A stretch of DNA of 40,000 nt from Alphaproteobacteria bacterium (GTDB taxonomy: Bacteria; Pseudomonadota; Alphaproteobacteria; Bin65): contig OZ244891.1 of NCBI GenBank assembly GCA_965221475.1, positions 2,590,191 to 2,630,190 of the forward strand, in the 5' to 3' direction. Of the stretch, positions 1 to 11,848 are shown piece after piece. Positions within the stretch are counted from its first letter, which is position 1; every line of letters starts with the position of its first letter. The position numbers and the translations under genes were made by a program. The notes under the pieces are model-generated. The model did no database searches and had not been told where the DNA came from. It was given only the letters and a program-made list of their open reading frames with translations.

Positions 1-1085
1 ACGGCGTCGCCCATTTCGGCGGTCGAGACCGATGGCGTGCCGGCCGGTGCCAGATCGGCCGTGCGCCCGCCGCCGGCGAGCACGCGCGCGACCGCACCCT
101 CCAGCATGTCGGCTTCGTCGCCCAGATCGAAGGAATAGCGCAGCGCCATGGCGAAGCTGAGAATGCAGGCGAGCGGGTTGGCGAGGCCCTTGCCGGCGAT
201 ATCCGGTGCCGAGCCGTGCACCGGCTCGTAGAGCGCATGGCGCCGGCCGGTCGCCGGGTCGGCCGCGCCCAGCGAGGCCGAGGGCAGCATGCCGAGCGAG
301 CCGGTCAGCATGGCGGCGACGTCCGAGAGCATGTCGCCGAACAGATTGTCGGTCACGATGACGTCGAACTGTTTGGGCGCGCGGACCAGCTGCATGGCGC
401 AATTGTCCGACAGAATGTGTTGCAATTCGACATCGCCATATTCGCGGTCGTGAATCGCCGTGACTTCCTCGCGCCACAGCACGCCGGTATGCATCACGTT
501 CGACTTTTCCGACGAATGGACCAGGTTGCGCCGCTTGCGGGCGAGGTCGAAGGCGACGCGCGCGATGCGGTGGATTTCCGGTGTCGTGTAGAGCTGGGTA
601 TCGACTCCCTTGCGGCTGCCGTCCTCCAGGGTCTCGATGCCCCGCGGTTCGCCGAAATAGACGCCGCCGGTGAGCTCGCGCACGATCATGATGTCGAGGC
701 CGGAGACCAGATCGGCCTTCAGGGACGATGCTTCGGCCAGCGCGTCGAAGCAGATCGCCGGGCGCAGGTTGGCGAACAGGTCGAGCGCCTTGCGCAGGCG
801 CAGCAGGCCCTGTTCCGGCTTCAGGTCGAACGGGTTGCCGTCCCATTGCGGGCCGCCGACCGCGCCGAACATCACGGCGTCGCTGGCCTGCGCTTTCTCA
901 AGGGTCGCCGCCGGCAGCGCCGTGCCCTCCGCCTCCAGGGCGGCGCCGCCGACCAGGCCGTCGTCCAGATCGAAGGTCGCCGCCCGCTCCCGCCCGAACC
1001 ATTCCGCAACGCGGACGACCTGGTCCATCACTTCGGGGCCGATGCCGTCGCCCGGCAGGATGAGAAGGGACCGGTTGCTGCTCAT
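1..1085 (-). CDS. leuB: 3-isopropylmalate dehydrogenase (3' end runs off the left edge)
   Basis: My reverse-strand translation from the ATG (cat at 1083-1085) reads [20 protein letters not shown]...[14 protein letters not shown]...[15 protein letters not shown]...[27 protein letters not shown]...[19 protein letters not shown]. These are isopropylmalate/isocitrate dehydrogenase family signatures. The ORF is missing from the track because it is truncated by the window edge. Confidence 0.93.
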   Translation of the reverse strand, partial: MSSNRSLLILPGDGIGPEVMDQVVRVAEWFGRERAATFDLDDGLVGGAALEAEGTALPAATLEKAQASDAVMFGAVGGPQWDGNPFDLKPEQGLLRLRKALDLFANLRPAICFDALAEASSLKADLVSGLDIMIVRELTGGVYFGEPRGIETLEDGSRKGVDTQLYTTPEIHRIARVAFDLARKRRNLVHSSEKSNVMHTGVLWREEVTAIHDREYGDVELQHILSDNCAMQLVRAPKQFDVIVTDNLFGDMLSDVAAMLTGSLGMLPSASLGAADPATGRRHALYEPVHGSAPDIAGKGLANPLACILSFAMALRYSFDLGDEADMLEGAVARVLAGGGRTADLAPAGTPSVSTAEMGDA

Positions 1086-1217
1086 GGCTCGCCTTTCGGG
1101 AACTGTCTTGCGGACCGCCGTCATGCGCCGGCGGCCGGCCGGCGATAGCGCCTGCCGGGCACGGCTTCAAGGCGCGAATGGCGCCGGCGCCGGAGAGGGG
1201 AAGGGCAGGGGGAAGTC

Positions 1218-1292
1218 TGGAGCGGGAGACGAGATTTGAACTCGCGACCCTCACGTTGGCAACGTGATGCTCTACCTCTGAGCTACTCCCGC
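1218..1292 (-). tRNA. tRNA-Gly (anticodon GCC), CCA end encoded
   Basis: The reverse complement is GCGGGAG TA GCTC AGAGGTA GAGC A TCACG TTGCCAA CGTGA GGGTC GCGAG TTCAAAT CTCGT CTCCCGC T CCA. It folds as a 75-nt cloverleaf with a 7-bp acceptor stem, a TTCAAAT T-loop and an anticodon loop TT-GCC-AA. Confidence 0.93.
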
Positions 1293-1383
1293 ACAGACCG
1301 GGCGGCGCACGGCCGCCATGGAAGCCGGGACTATACGCCGGCCGGGGCGAATGACAAGGGCCGGCGCCGCCGCTGCGTCAGAG

Positions 1384-2364
1384 TTAACCCGCTGCCGGGG
1401 CCGCCCGCAGCGCCGCCAGCGCCGCCCCGTCATAGCGCCGCACGCGGCTGCAGAACTGGCAGGCGACGCTCACCGTGCCATCCACCTTCATCGCCTCCAG
1501 ATCGTCCGCATCCAGCAGGCGCAGGGCGCTCTCGGCCCGGTCGTCGGAGCAGCGGCAGCGGTCGCGCAGCAATCGGGGTTCGAAGATCCGCACGCCATCC
1601 TGGTGGAACAGGCGGTAGAGCAGCCGGGCCGGATCGGCCTCCGGGGCCAGTGCCTCCGCATTGCGCAGGGTGCCGAGCAGGATGGCGAGGCGGCGCCAGT
1701 CGTCCTCCCGGCGCTCGGCATCCGGGTGGCCGCAGCCGTCGGCTTCCACTTCGCCGTTGCGGCCGCCGGTCGCCGGCAGGCGCTGGATCATCAGCGCGGA
1801 CGCCTGCCAGCTTGTACCGTCCGGCCGGCCGACGCCCAGGCGCAGCAGGGTTTCGATCTGCTCCGACTGGCGGAAATAGTGCTGGGCGCACTCGGTAAGC
1901 GTCGCCCCGGCCAGTTCCACGATGCCCTGATAGCGCGCGCCGTCCGCGCCCCGATCGACGGTAAAGGCCAGATGGCCGGCGCCGAGATGGCGCGGCACCG
2001 GCCCATCCGGCCCGGCCTCGCCCAGTGCGGCATACGCCTCCGCATCGACCGCCGCATAGCCGCGCAGATCGCCGTCCGACGTGACATCGCAGACCAGCAT
2101 GCCGACCGGCCCGTCGCCCCTGGCCTGCAGGCTGAAGACGCCGTCATAGTTCAGCGTGCCGGCCAGCACGGCCGACAGGGCCAGCGCCTCGCCGAGCAGG
2201 CCGGCGACCGGCGGCGGGTAGTCGTGGCGCGACAGGATGGCGTGGATCGAAGGTCCGAGCCGGACCGCGCGGCCGCGCAGATTGGCCCTCTCCAGCCGGA
2301 AGGGAAGCTGCACATCGGTGCCCGGCGCGGGGGCGGCGGGCGTTGCCGGACCGTCGCCGGTCAC
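1384..2364 (-). CDS. hslO: Hsp33 family redox-regulated chaperone
   Basis: 326-aa ORF. The C-terminal zinc/redox switch cysteines are present (DRCRCSDDR ... VACQFCSR, i.e. CxC...CxxC). It lies immediately downstream of argF, a common alphaproteobacterial arrangement. Confidence 0.88.
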   Translation of the reverse strand: MTGDGPATPAAPAPGTDVQLPFRLERANLRGRAVRLGPSIHAILSRHDYPPPVAGLLGEALALSAVLAGTLNYDGVFSLQARGDGPVGMLVCDVTSDGDLRGYAAVDAEAYAALGEAGPDGPVPRHLGAGHLAFTVDRGADGARYQGIVELAGATLTECAQHYFRQSEQIETLLRLGVGRPDGTSWQASALMIQRLPATGGRNGEVEADGCGHPDAERREDDWRRLAILLGTLRNAEALAPEADPARLLYRLFHQDGVRIFEPRLLRDRCRCSDDRAESALRLLDADDLEAMKVDGTVSVACQFCSRVRRYDGAALAALRAAPAAG

Positions 2365-2368
2365 GGGC

Positions 2369-3331
2369 TCAGTCCAGCAGTTCCGGCGCCAGCGCCCAGA
2401 GCAGGATGCCCTTCTGGGCGTGCAGCCGGTTTTCCGCCTCGTCCCACACGACCGATTGCGGCCCGTCGATCACCGCCGCGGTCACTTCCTCGCCGCGATG
2501 CGCCGGCAGGCAGTGCATGAACACGGCATCGTCCGCGGCGTGGCTCAGCAGCGCGCTGTCGACGCGATAGGGCGCCAGCAGATTATGGTGGTCGGCAATG
2601 TCGGAATCGCCCATCGAAACCCAGACATCGGTGACGACGCAGTCCGCGCCCGCCACCGCCTCGACCGGATCGGCGGTGACCTGCACGCGCGCGCCGCGAT
2701 CCCGCGCCCAGTCCACGACATCGGCCGGCGGCGGCAGCCGGTCGGGCACGGCCAGCCGGAGCTCGAAACCGAACTGGACCGCGGCGTGAATCCACGAGGT
2801 CGCCATATTGTTGCCGTCGCCGCTCCAGGTGACGATCCGGCCGGCGATCGGGCCGCGATGCTCTTCGAAGGTCATCACGTCCGCCATCAGCTGGCAGGGA
2901 TGGGTCCGGTCGGTCAGCCCGTTGACGACCGGCACGTCGGCGTGGGCCGCCAGCTCCAGCAGCTTCTCCTCCGTCGTGCAGCGCAGCATGATCGCATCGA
3001 CATAGCGCGACAGCACCCGGGCGGTATCGGCGACCGTCTCGCCCCGGCCGAGCTGGCTGCTCTCCCGCTCCAGCACGATGGCGTCGCCGCCCAGCTGCCC
3101 GACCGCCCGCTCGAACGACACGCGCGTTCGCGTCGAGGGCTTCTCGAAAATCATCGCGAGCGCCCGGCCCTCGAGCGGCCGGACCGGCCAGGCGCCGGCG
3201 CCCTCCGCCTGCCACGCCGCCTTCATGCGCCTGGCGACGTCGAGGATGCGGCGCAGCTCGGCCGGCGGGACCAGATCGAGGTCGAGAAAGTGGCGGACTC
3301 CGGCGGCCGCGATGGCGGTCCGGTCGCGCAC
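2369..3331 (-). CDS. argF: ornithine carbamoyltransferase
   Basis: Motifs [13 protein letters not shown] (STRTR carbamoyl-phosphate site), HPCQ and [10 protein letters not shown]. The track ORF starts at GTG 3403, which adds a Gly-rich 24-aa extension overlapping argD. I prefer GTG 3331 ([20 protein letters not shown]...). The stop is firm and the start is uncertain. Confidence 0.9.
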   Translation of the reverse strand: MRDRTAIAAAGVRHFLDLDLVPPAELRRILDVARRMKAAWQAEGAGAWPVRPLEGRALAMIFEKPSTRTRVSFERAVGQLGGDAIVLERESSQLGRGETVADTARVLSRYVDAIMLRCTTEEKLLELAAHADVPVVNGLTDRTHPCQLMADVMTFEEHRGPIAGRIVTWSGDGNNMATSWIHAAVQFGFELRLAVPDRLPPPADVVDWARDRGARVQVTADPVEAVAGADCVVTDVWVSMGDSDIADHHNLLAPYRVDSALLSHAADDAVFMHCLPAHRGEEVTAAVIDGPQSVVWDEAENRLHAQKGILLWALAPELLD

Positions 3332-3395
3332 CGGCCCGCCGCTTGCACCGCCTCCCCTGTTGCCGCCGGCACCGCCGCCGGGGGCCGGGCCGGTA

Positions 3396-4592
3396 TCAGG
3401 CACCGGTGCCCCCGTCGCCCTTCAGCTCCTCCGCCGCCGCGCGCAGCAGGGCGATGCCCTCGTCGATCTCGGCGCGGCCGATGATCAGCGGCGGCGCCAT
3501 GCGCACGACATTCTCGCCGGCCGCCACCGTCAGCAGGCCGCGCTCGCGGACGAAATCGACCACCTGGCGGGTCTCCAGCCGGTCCGCCAGCTTCAGGCCG
3601 GCCATCAGGCCGCGGCCGCGCGCCTCCACATAGACATCCGGATAATCGGCGACCAGCGCTTCCAGTTCGGCGTGGAGCGCCGCGCCCTGGGTGTGGACAT
3701 TATCGAGAAATCCGGGCGCGGTGATCTCGTCCCAGACCGCATTGGCGACTGCCATGGCGAGCGGATTGCCGCCATAGGTCGCGCCGTGGGTGCCGGCGGT
3801 CATGCCCTTGGCCGCCTCCGCGGTCGCCAGGCAGGCGCCGACCGGAAAGCCGCCGCCCATGCCCTTGGCGGTCGCCATGATGTCCGGGGTCATGGCCGAC
3901 CATTCGTGGGCGAACAGCCTGCCGGTGCGGCCGTTGCCGCACTGGACCTCGTCCAGCATGACCAGCAGGCCGAACTCGTCGGCGGTCTTGCGCACATCCT
4001 CGAGAAAGCCGGGCGGTGCGGCGCGGTAGCCGCCCTCGCCCTGGATCGGCTCGAACAGGATGCCGCCGACCTCGTCGTCGATGGCGTCGCGCAGCTCGTT
4101 CATGTTGCCGAAGGCGACATGGCGGAAATCCCCGACCGGCGGGCCGAACCCTTCGATATGGCTCTGCTGCCCGCCGGCGAAGACAGCCGCCAGCGTCCGG
4201 CCGTGGAACGCGCCGTGCATGCAGACGATCCCCGTCTTGTGCGGGTTGCCGCTGGCATGATGGTATTTGCGGATGATCTTGATGCCGAGCTCGATCGCTT
4301 CGGAGCCCGAATTGCCGAAGAACACCGTGTCGGCAAACGTATCGCGCACCAGCTTTTCCGCCATCTCCTGCTGGCCGGGAATCGAGAAGATGTTGGAGCA
4401 GTGCCAGAGCTTCTGCGCCTGCTCGGTCAGCGCGCCGACCAGCGCCGGATGGCTGTGGCCCAGGCAGGTCACCGCGATGCCGCTGGCGAAGTCGAGGAAT
4501 CGTCGGCCGTCGGTGCTGTAGAGGTAGGGGCCTTCGCCGCGCTCGAAAGCGATGTCCGTCCGCCGATAGGTCGGCATGAGGGCCGGGATCAC
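3396..4592 (-). CDS. argD: acetylornithine aminotransferase (class III PLP aminotransferase)
   Basis: 398 aa. N-terminus [21 protein letters not shown], plus [18 protein letters not shown] and [11 protein letters not shown] (PLP lysine region). AAGGAG lies 8 nt upstream of GTG 4592. Confidence 0.9.
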   Translation of the reverse strand: MIPALMPTYRRTDIAFERGEGPYLYSTDGRRFLDFASGIAVTCLGHSHPALVGALTEQAQKLWHCSNIFSIPGQQEMAEKLVRDTFADTVFFGNSGSEAIELGIKIIRKYHHASGNPHKTGIVCMHGAFHGRTLAAVFAGGQQSHIEGFGPPVGDFRHVAFGNMNELRDAIDDEVGGILFEPIQGEGGYRAAPPGFLEDVRKTADEFGLLVMLDEVQCGNGRTGRLFAHEWSAMTPDIMATAKGMGGGFPVGACLATAEAAKGMTAGTHGATYGGNPLAMAVANAVWDEITAPGFLDNVHTQGAALHAELEALVADYPDVYVEARGRGLMAGLKLADRLETRQVVDFVRERGLLTVAAGENVVRMAPPLIIGRAEIDEGIALLRAAAEELKGDGGTGA

Positions 4593-4751
4593 GATCCTGT
4601 CTCCTTCGGTTGGGCCGGCGGCGGTCTCGTCGGCCGCCGGCGGGCGATGCCTGCCGGATAAAGCAAAGACGACGCCTTTCCCGTCGCGGAAAAGCGCCGT
4701 TCGCGCACCCTGGCAGACCGTTCAACGCTGCCGGATATAAGGCGACATGGC

Positions 4752-4780
4752 GCAAAAGGCGAGTCCGCGCGATGGCGCGG
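4752..4780 (-). terminator. weak candidate intrinsic terminator after the monooxygenase gene
   Basis: Minus-strand hairpin CCGCGC-CATC-GCGCGG (4765-4780) begins 21 nt after the stop. It is followed by ACTCGCCTTTTG, a T-run that is short and displaced by 7 nt. Confidence 0.25.
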
Positions 4781-4800
4781 CGTACCGCAAGGCGCTGCCG

Positions 4801-5997
4801 TCAGCCGTCGCCGGGCGGGGCGTGCAGATCGACGGTCAGCGGGTTGTAGCTGTACAGCCAGTCGGAGCGCTCCCGGTCCAGGTTCCGGCCGGCAAAGGCG
4901 GTGCGCAACGCGGCCTCGTCGGGCAGATGGAACAGGCGGCGATTGTCGTGGGATTCGTCGACGATGCGCCGCGCGCGCGGCTTGCGATGCCGCTCATAGA
5001 GAGCCAGCGCCTCCGGGATCGAGCCGGCCTCGTCCAGCGCCCGGGCGAGGATCGCGCCATCCTCCACGGCGACCGCCGCGCCCTGGGCCATGTAGGGCAG
5101 CATCGGATGGGCGGCATCGCCGATCAGGGTGGCGCGCCCGGTGCTCCAGCGCTCCAGATGCGGATGGACGTTGAGCGGCCAGCGATAGCAGGCATCCCGG
5201 TCGGCGGCATCGACGATGGTCAGGATGTCCGGATGCCAGCCCTCGAAATCGGCGCGCAGCTCGCCCCACGGCCGCTTCTGGGTCCAGGATTCCTCGATCC
5301 GTTCCGCCAGTTCGACCGCGCCGACGAAATTGAGCAGCGTGCCGGCGCGCAGGAAATAGACCACCGCATGCTTGCCGGGCCCGACCCAGATGGACGATCT
5401 GGCGTCGAGAAAATTCGCCGGCAGCCGCCCGGCCGGCACGGTCAGGCGCCACGCCGAATCGCCCGTGTAGCGCGGCCGGTTCTCGCCGGCGATCTGGCGC
5501 CGCACGGCGGATTTGATGCCGTCGGCGCCGATCGCCAGGTCGCCGCCGGCTTCCGACCCGTCGGCCAGCCGGAGCGCGATCCCGTCGCCGCGTTCGCGAA
5601 AGCCGGCGACGGTGGCATTGAGGCGGATGCAGCCCGGCGCCAGCGCCTCGATGCGCCCGGCCAGGATGCGGTGGTAATCGGCCCGGTGAAGCTGGAGATA
5701 GGGGGCGCCGTGGCGCTCTTCGTGTGCGGCGGCGAGCGCCAGCGCCTGCAGGACCTCGCCGCTGTCGAACAGGCGGAATTCGGTGACCGGCGGCAGGAAG
5801 GCTTCTTCGCGCAGCGCCTCCAGAACGCCCAGATGGCGCATCACATGGGTCGCGTTGGCGCTCTGCTGAATGCCGGCGCCGATCTCGCCCAGCGCCGGCG
5901 CCTGCTCGTATATCTCGACCTCGTGCCCGGCGAGGAGCAGGCAGCCGGCCGCCGTCAGCCCGGCGATTCCGGCGCCGGCGATCAGAATCCTGGCCAC
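4801..5997 (-). CDS. FAD-dependent aromatic monooxygenase (salicylate / 3-hydroxybenzoate hydroxylase-like)
   Basis: N-terminal dinucleotide fold ILIAGAGIAGL, with GADGIKSAVR and GDAAHPMLPYMAQGA motifs of group-A flavoprotein monooxygenases. GTG start with GGAGG 9 nt upstream. Confidence 0.8.
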   Translation of the reverse strand: MARILIAGAGIAGLTAAGCLLLAGHEVEIYEQAPALGEIGAGIQQSANATHVMRHLGVLEALREEAFLPPVTEFRLFDSGEVLQALALAAAHEERHGAPYLQLHRADYHRILAGRIEALAPGCIRLNATVAGFRERGDGIALRLADGSEAGGDLAIGADGIKSAVRRQIAGENRPRYTGDSAWRLTVPAGRLPANFLDARSSIWVGPGKHAVVYFLRAGTLLNFVGAVELAERIEESWTQKRPWGELRADFEGWHPDILTIVDAADRDACYRWPLNVHPHLERWSTGRATLIGDAAHPMLPYMAQGAAVAVEDGAILARALDEAGSIPEALALYERHRKPRARRIVDESHDNRRLFHLPDEAALRTAFAGRNLDRERSDWLYSYNPLTVDLHAPPGDG

Positions 5998-6230
5998 GAA
6001 AACGAACCTCCCGCTTGCCGTTGCGATGGCGGCGCTTCAGGCGGGCGCTGCCCGGATGCCGGGCATTTCGGACCGGCGCCGCCGGCCCGGTCCCGTCATC
6101 GGCCGCTGGCCCCGTCACTATTGCGTCTGCACCGGCAGGGCAAGGGATGTCGCTGCGGAGCCTGCTGCGTTGCCGGCACAAGGGCGGACAAATCCTTGTC
6201 CTGCGTCTGTCGGGTACCTATGATCGCGGC

Positions 6231-6755
6231 ATGACCGAAGCCATCGCCTTCGATACCCACCGTTTCGTCAAGCGCCTGACCGAGAGCGGCTTCACCGAGA
6301 GGCAGGCCGAGACCCTGGCCGACGAACAGGTCGCGCTGCTCAACGCCAATCTCGCGACGAAGACCGACATCGAGGTTCTGCGTCAGGAGACGAAGGCCGG
6401 CATCGATGCCCTGCGCCAGGAGACGAAGGCCGGCATCGAGGCTTTGCGTCAGGAGACCAAGGCTGGCATTGAGTCCCTGCGTCAGGAGACGAAGGCCGAG
6501 ATCGCGAGGATCGAAGCGGGAGTGGAGGCCCTGCGCCAGGAGACGAAGGCCGACATTGCGCGGGTCGAAGCGGCGGTAGAGACCCTGCGCCAGGAGACAA
6601 AGGCCGACATTGCGCGGGTCGAAGCGGGGGTGGAGATCCTGCGTCAGGAGACGAAGGCCGCCATCGAGGGGATGAAGGCCGATCTTCTGAAATGGCTGTT
6701 CGGGGCGCTGATCGCCCAGGGCGGCCTGATCGTCGCGCTGGTGAAACTGCTCTAG
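6231..6755 (+). CDS. DUF1640-type coiled-coil protein with C-terminal transmembrane anchor and expanded LRQETKA repeats
   Basis: MTEAIAFDTHRFVKRLTESGFTERQAETLADEQVALL... matches the DUF1640 N-terminal pattern. It contains seven LRQETKA repeats and a hydrophobic tail, LLKWLFGALIAQGGLIVALVKLL. ATG 6231 is in frame within track ORF 6015..6755, whose upstream part is Arg/Pro-rich and looks spurious. Confidence 0.75.
   Translation: MTEAIAFDTHRFVKRLTESGFTERQAETLADEQVALLNANLATKTDIEVLRQETKAGIDALRQETKAGIEALRQETKAGIESLRQETKAEIARIEAGVEALRQETKADIARVEAAVETLRQETKADIARVEAGVEILRQETKAAIEGMKADLLKWLFGALIAQGGLIVALVKLL
6378..6659 (+). repeat. in-frame tandem repeat array inside the DUF1640 gene
   Basis: Three 33-bp units start at 6378, 6411 and 6444. 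Three 54-bp units start at 6477, 6531 and 6585. A seventh partial unit starts at 6639. Every unit opens with CTGCG(T/C)CAGGAGAC(G/A/C)AAGGC. Units 5 and 6 differ at 4 of 54 positions by my count. Confidence 0.9.
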
Positions 6756-6875
6756 CGCCCCGCCTGCCTGCGCACCCGCGGCCGGTTGCGCCGCGCCGGC
6801 GGCGCGCTATCGTCTGCCGGCCGCCGTCCCCGTCTCCCGCGCGCCCCGTCGCGCCGATCCGGAAGCCTCCGCTGC

Positions 6876-7751
6876 ATGATCGCTGCCACCGGCTTTGCGC
6901 CGATCCTGCGGACCGCTCTCTGGATGGCCGGTGCCTTCCTCTCGCTGCTGTCGATTGCGGTGGCGGGGCGGGAGCTGATTGCGGAAATCACCGTTTTCCA
7001 GGTGCTGTTCTGGCGCGGCGCGGTCGGGCTCGGAATCATCCTTGTCGTGCTCCGCTTTGCCGGCTGGCACCATATGCGTACCGCCAGGCTGCCGGTTCAC
7101 GCCGCGCGCAATGTCGTGCATCTGGGTGCGCAATATGCCTGGTTCTACGCCGTCGCCTTCATCCCGATGGCAGAGGTCTTCGCGCTCGAATTCACCACGC
7201 CGATCTGGACCCTGATCCTGGCCGCCCTGATCCTGGGCGAGAAAGTGACGACAGCGCGTGTCGCCGCCGTTCTGCTCGGCTTTGCCGGCGTGCTCATCAT
7301 CCTGCGGCCCGGCTTCTCGCCGGTCGCCATGCCGCAGATCGCGGCGCTCCTGTCGGCGCTGGGCTTCGCCTTCTCGACCTATGTGCTGACGCGCGGGCTG
7401 ATGCGGACCGATTCGCCGCTCACCATGCTGTTCTGGATGGTGGCGATCCAGACGCCGCTCGCCCTGCTGGCCAGCCTCGACGGCTGGGTCTGGCCCTCGG
7501 GCTGGAACTGGGGCTGGATCGCGGCGGTCGGGATATTCAGCCTGACTGCGCATTATTGCATGGCGCGGGCGCTCCGCCTGGCCGACGCCAATGTCGTCGT
7601 CCCGATGGATTTCGCCCGCCTGCCGCTGGCCGCGGTCGTCGGTTGGCTGGCCTATCGCGAGATCGTCGATCTCTGGGTCGTCGTCGGCGCGGCGATCATC
7701 TTTGCCGGCAACTATCTGAATGTCCGGGCCGAGCGCCGGAAAATTCAGTAG
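6876..7751 (+). CDS. DMT superfamily (EamA-type) transporter
   Basis: About 10 hydrophobic segments and a duplicated EamA-like layout (…LGEKVTTARVAAVLLGFAGVLIILRPG… and …YREIVDLWVVVGAAIIFAGNYL…). ATG 6876 (MIAATGFAPILR...) is preferred over track start 6786. The start is uncertain. Confidence 0.8.
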   Translation: MIAATGFAPILRTALWMAGAFLSLLSIAVAGRELIAEITVFQVLFWRGAVGLGIILVVLRFAGWHHMRTARLPVHAARNVVHLGAQYAWFYAVAFIPMAEVFALEFTTPIWTLILAALILGEKVTTARVAAVLLGFAGVLIILRPGFSPVAMPQIAALLSALGFAFSTYVLTRGLMRTDSPLTMLFWMVAIQTPLALLASLDGWVWPSGWNWGWIAAVGIFSLTAHYCMARALRLADANVVVPMDFARLPLAAVVGWLAYREIVDLWVVVGAAIIFAGNYLNVRAERRKIQ

Positions 7752-8926
7752 CTCTTCGGCAGGCCGAGCGCCTTCTCGGCGATATGCGACAGGATCAGCT
7801 CGCGCGATACCGGCGCGATGCGGCAGATCATGACCTCGCGCAGCAGCCGCTCGACATGGAATTCCTTGGCATAGCCCATGCCGCCATGGGCCAGTACGGC
7901 CCGCTCGCACGCCCGGAACCCGGCCTCGGCGGCGAGATATTTGGCGGCGTTGCATTGCGGGCCACAGGGCTTGCCGGCATCGTACAGGCCGGCGGCGTGG
8001 CGCACGGTGAGCCATGCGGCGCCGAGTTCGGCCCAGGATTCGGCGAGCGGATGCTGAACCGCCTGGTTCTGGCCGATCGGCCGCCCGAATACGATCCGCT
8101 CCCTGGCATAGCCGGCGGCCCGGCGCAGCGCCTGCTGGCCGATGCCGACCGCCTCCGCGGCGACCAGGCAGCGTTCGGGATTGAGCCCGTGCAGCAGACA
8201 TTCGAAGCCCTGACCCTCGGCCCCGATCCGGTCTTCGGCCGGGACCTGCAGCCCGTCGATGAACAGCAGGTTCGAATCGACCGCCTTGCGGCCCATCTTG
8301 TCGATCTCCCGCACCTCGATCCGGTCCCGGTCGAGCGCGGTGAAGAACAGAGAGAGGCCGTCGGTCGGCCGCCGGCACTCCTCGCGCGGCGTCGTGCGGG
8401 CGAGCAGCAGGATGCGGTCGGCGACCTGGGCGGTCGAGGTCCAGATTTTCTCGCCGGAGATCGTATAGCCGGCATTGCTGTCCGGTCCGGCGCGCACGGC
8501 CCGGGTCCGGATGTTCGTCGTGTCGAGGCCGGCATTCGGCTCGGTGACGGCGAAACAGGCCCGGATCCGGCCCGCGATCAGATCGGGCAGCCAGCGCTCC
8601 TTCTGCCCGTCCGTGCCGTAAACGACGATGGGATGGGGGCCGAAAATGTTCATGTGAATGGCGGAGCAGGCCGCCATCGCGCCCGGCGACTGTGCGACCC
8701 GGCGCATCATGACGGCGGCTTCGGCGATGCCGAGGCCGGCGCCGCCCTGGGCTTCGGGCATGGCGATGCCGAGCCAGCCGCCTTCCGCCATCGCGGCGTG
8801 GAATTCGAACGGGAAGCCGCCTTCGCGGTCGCGCTCCAGCCAGTAATCGTCGCCAAAACGGTCGCAGATCGCACCGACCGCCGCGTCGATCCGGGTCTGG
8901 TCTTCGGTCAGGTCTGAATCGTCCAT
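7745..8926 (-). CDS. acyl-CoA dehydrogenase family protein
   Basis: MDDSDLTEDQTRIDAAV...YWLERDREGGFPFEFHAAMAEGGWLGIAMPEAQGG...AFAVTEPNAGLD...KIWTS...AHGGMGYAKEF show the ACAD fold pattern. ATG 8926 is preferred over track start 9022. Confidence 0.85.
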   Translation of the reverse strand: MDDSDLTEDQTRIDAAVGAICDRFGDDYWLERDREGGFPFEFHAAMAEGGWLGIAMPEAQGGAGLGIAEAAVMMRRVAQSPGAMAACSAIHMNIFGPHPIVVYGTDGQKERWLPDLIAGRIRACFAVTEPNAGLDTTNIRTRAVRAGPDSNAGYTISGEKIWTSTAQVADRILLLARTTPREECRRPTDGLSLFFTALDRDRIEVREIDKMGRKAVDSNLLFIDGLQVPAEDRIGAEGQGFECLLHGLNPERCLVAAEAVGIGQQALRRAAGYARERIVFGRPIGQNQAVQHPLAESWAELGAAWLTVRHAAGLYDAGKPCGPQCNAAKYLAAEAGFRACERAVLAHGGMGYAKEFHVERLLREVMICRIAPVSRELILSHIAEKALGLPKSY

Positions 8927-9048
8927 CGCGCCCGGATGGTAGGCAAGCCCGCCGGCATTTCCAAGCGGCCGTTCGGGCGATAGGGTCGCGCCGTTTCGGC
9001 CCCGGTCCTGCCGTTCCGCCACCCCTCGTTCCGCTGCCTGCTTCCGCC

Positions 9049-10881
<1,833 letters not shown>

Positions 10882-10909
10882 TCCCTGTGGCGCCGGCGGC
10901 CGGCTGCGC

Positions 10910-11794
10910 TCAGCGGGCGAAGAATTCCAGCAGGCGGGCGTTCAGTTCGTCCGGCGCTTCTTCCGGGATGAAATGGCCGCAATCGGCAACGGTGCCGCCG
11001 GTCACGTCGAGGGCGACCCGGCGCAGCGATTCCTCCGGCTCCGTACCGCGCCCGCGGCCGTGCGGATAGCTCACCGCCCCGCCCAGCGCCAGCACCGGCA
11101 TGGGCAGCTTGAAGCGGGCGACGGTTTCGGCATTGACCGCTTCGTCCTGCGGCAGGGCGCGATAATAGGCAAAGCCGGCGCGCAGGGCGCCGGGCTGGCT
11201 GTAGGTGCGCAGATATTCGGCGGCATCCGCCGGGCCGATGGCGTCGGGCCGGTAGGCGAAGGTGCGATAGAACCAGCCGAGATAGGCGGCCTCCCGCCCG
11301 GTCACCAGCGCTTCCGGCAGGTCCGGCGTCATGTGGAACCGGTGGTGCCAGCGCCGCCCGCCCTGTGAGAAGTCGCCGCCGCAGCCGGGCACGACCACAT
11401 CCAGAACGACCAGCTTGCGCACCGCCTCCGGGTGGGCGGCGGCCAGCGCATAGGCGACCGGCCCGCCCCAGTCGTGGCCGACCAGCAGGAACGTCTCATG
11501 GCCCAGCCGGTCCTGCACCAGGCGCTGGATATCCCCGGCGACGGTCTGCTTGTCGTAGCCGCCGGGCGGGCGCGAACTGTCGCCCAGGCCGCGCATGTCC
11601 GGCGCGATGACGGTGTGGCGCTGCGCCAGCACGGGGATGGTGTGCCGCCACTCCCACCAGGTCTGCGGCCAGCCGTGCAGCAGCACGACCGGCGGCCCGC
11701 TGCCGGCGGTGACGTAATGGAGCACGACCTCGCCGAGGTCGGCATAGCCGTGCCGGAACAGGGGATCGTGCGGCGTTGGCCCGCCGGCGCTCAC
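10910..11794 (-). CDS. alpha/beta hydrolase, epoxide hydrolase / haloacetate dehalogenase type (Asp nucleophile)
   Basis: HGWPQTWWEW oxyanion-hole motif and the GHDWGG nucleophile elbow carrying Asp. 294 aa with a GTG start. Confidence 0.8.
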   Translation of the reverse strand: MSAGGPTPHDPLFRHGYADLGEVVLHYVTAGSGPPVVLLHGWPQTWWEWRHTIPVLAQRHTVIAPDMRGLGDSSRPPGGYDKQTVAGDIQRLVQDRLGHETFLLVGHDWGGPVAYALAAAHPEAVRKLVVLDVVVPGCGGDFSQGGRRWHHRFHMTPDLPEALVTGREAAYLGWFYRTFAYRPDAIGPADAAEYLRTYSQPGALRAGFAYYRALPQDEAVNAETVARFKLPMPVLALGGAVSYPHGRGRGTEPEESLRRVALDVTGGTVADCGHFIPEEAPDELNARLLEFFAR

Positions 11795-11848
11795 GGCTGC
11801 GCTTCCCGAAACGGTGCGGCGGCGGCGCGGCCGCGGGGCTGCCGGCGC

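Noticed and set aside
1218-1383. tRNA-Gly as a possible genomic-island integration site, together with a GC-rich hairpin (CGCCGGCC...GGCCGGCG) between hslO and the tRNA.
   Set aside because: There is no integrase, no direct repeat of the tRNA 3' end and no compositional break nearby, and the flanking genes are core housekeeping. The hairpin has a 15-nt loop and no T-run, so I do not call it a terminator.
3332-3403. Gly-rich 24-aa N-terminal extension of ArgF ([24 protein letters not shown]) overlapping the argD 3' end.
   Set aside because: ArgF homologues start close to the ...RHFLDL... motif. An in-frame GTG at 3331 gives a normal-length protein, so the extension is most likely an ORF-caller artefact.
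6186-6201. Perfect inverted repeat GGACAA-ATCC-TTGTCC, 30 bp upstream of the DUF1640 start codon.
   Set aside because: It is a single short palindrome with no second copy in the window and no known matching motif. That is insufficient to call an operator.
7745-7751. A 7-bp convergent overlap of the EamA transporter and acyl-CoA dehydrogenase 3' ends.
   Set aside because: Short convergent overlaps are common in compact GC-rich genomes. No hairpin or other signal is associated with it.
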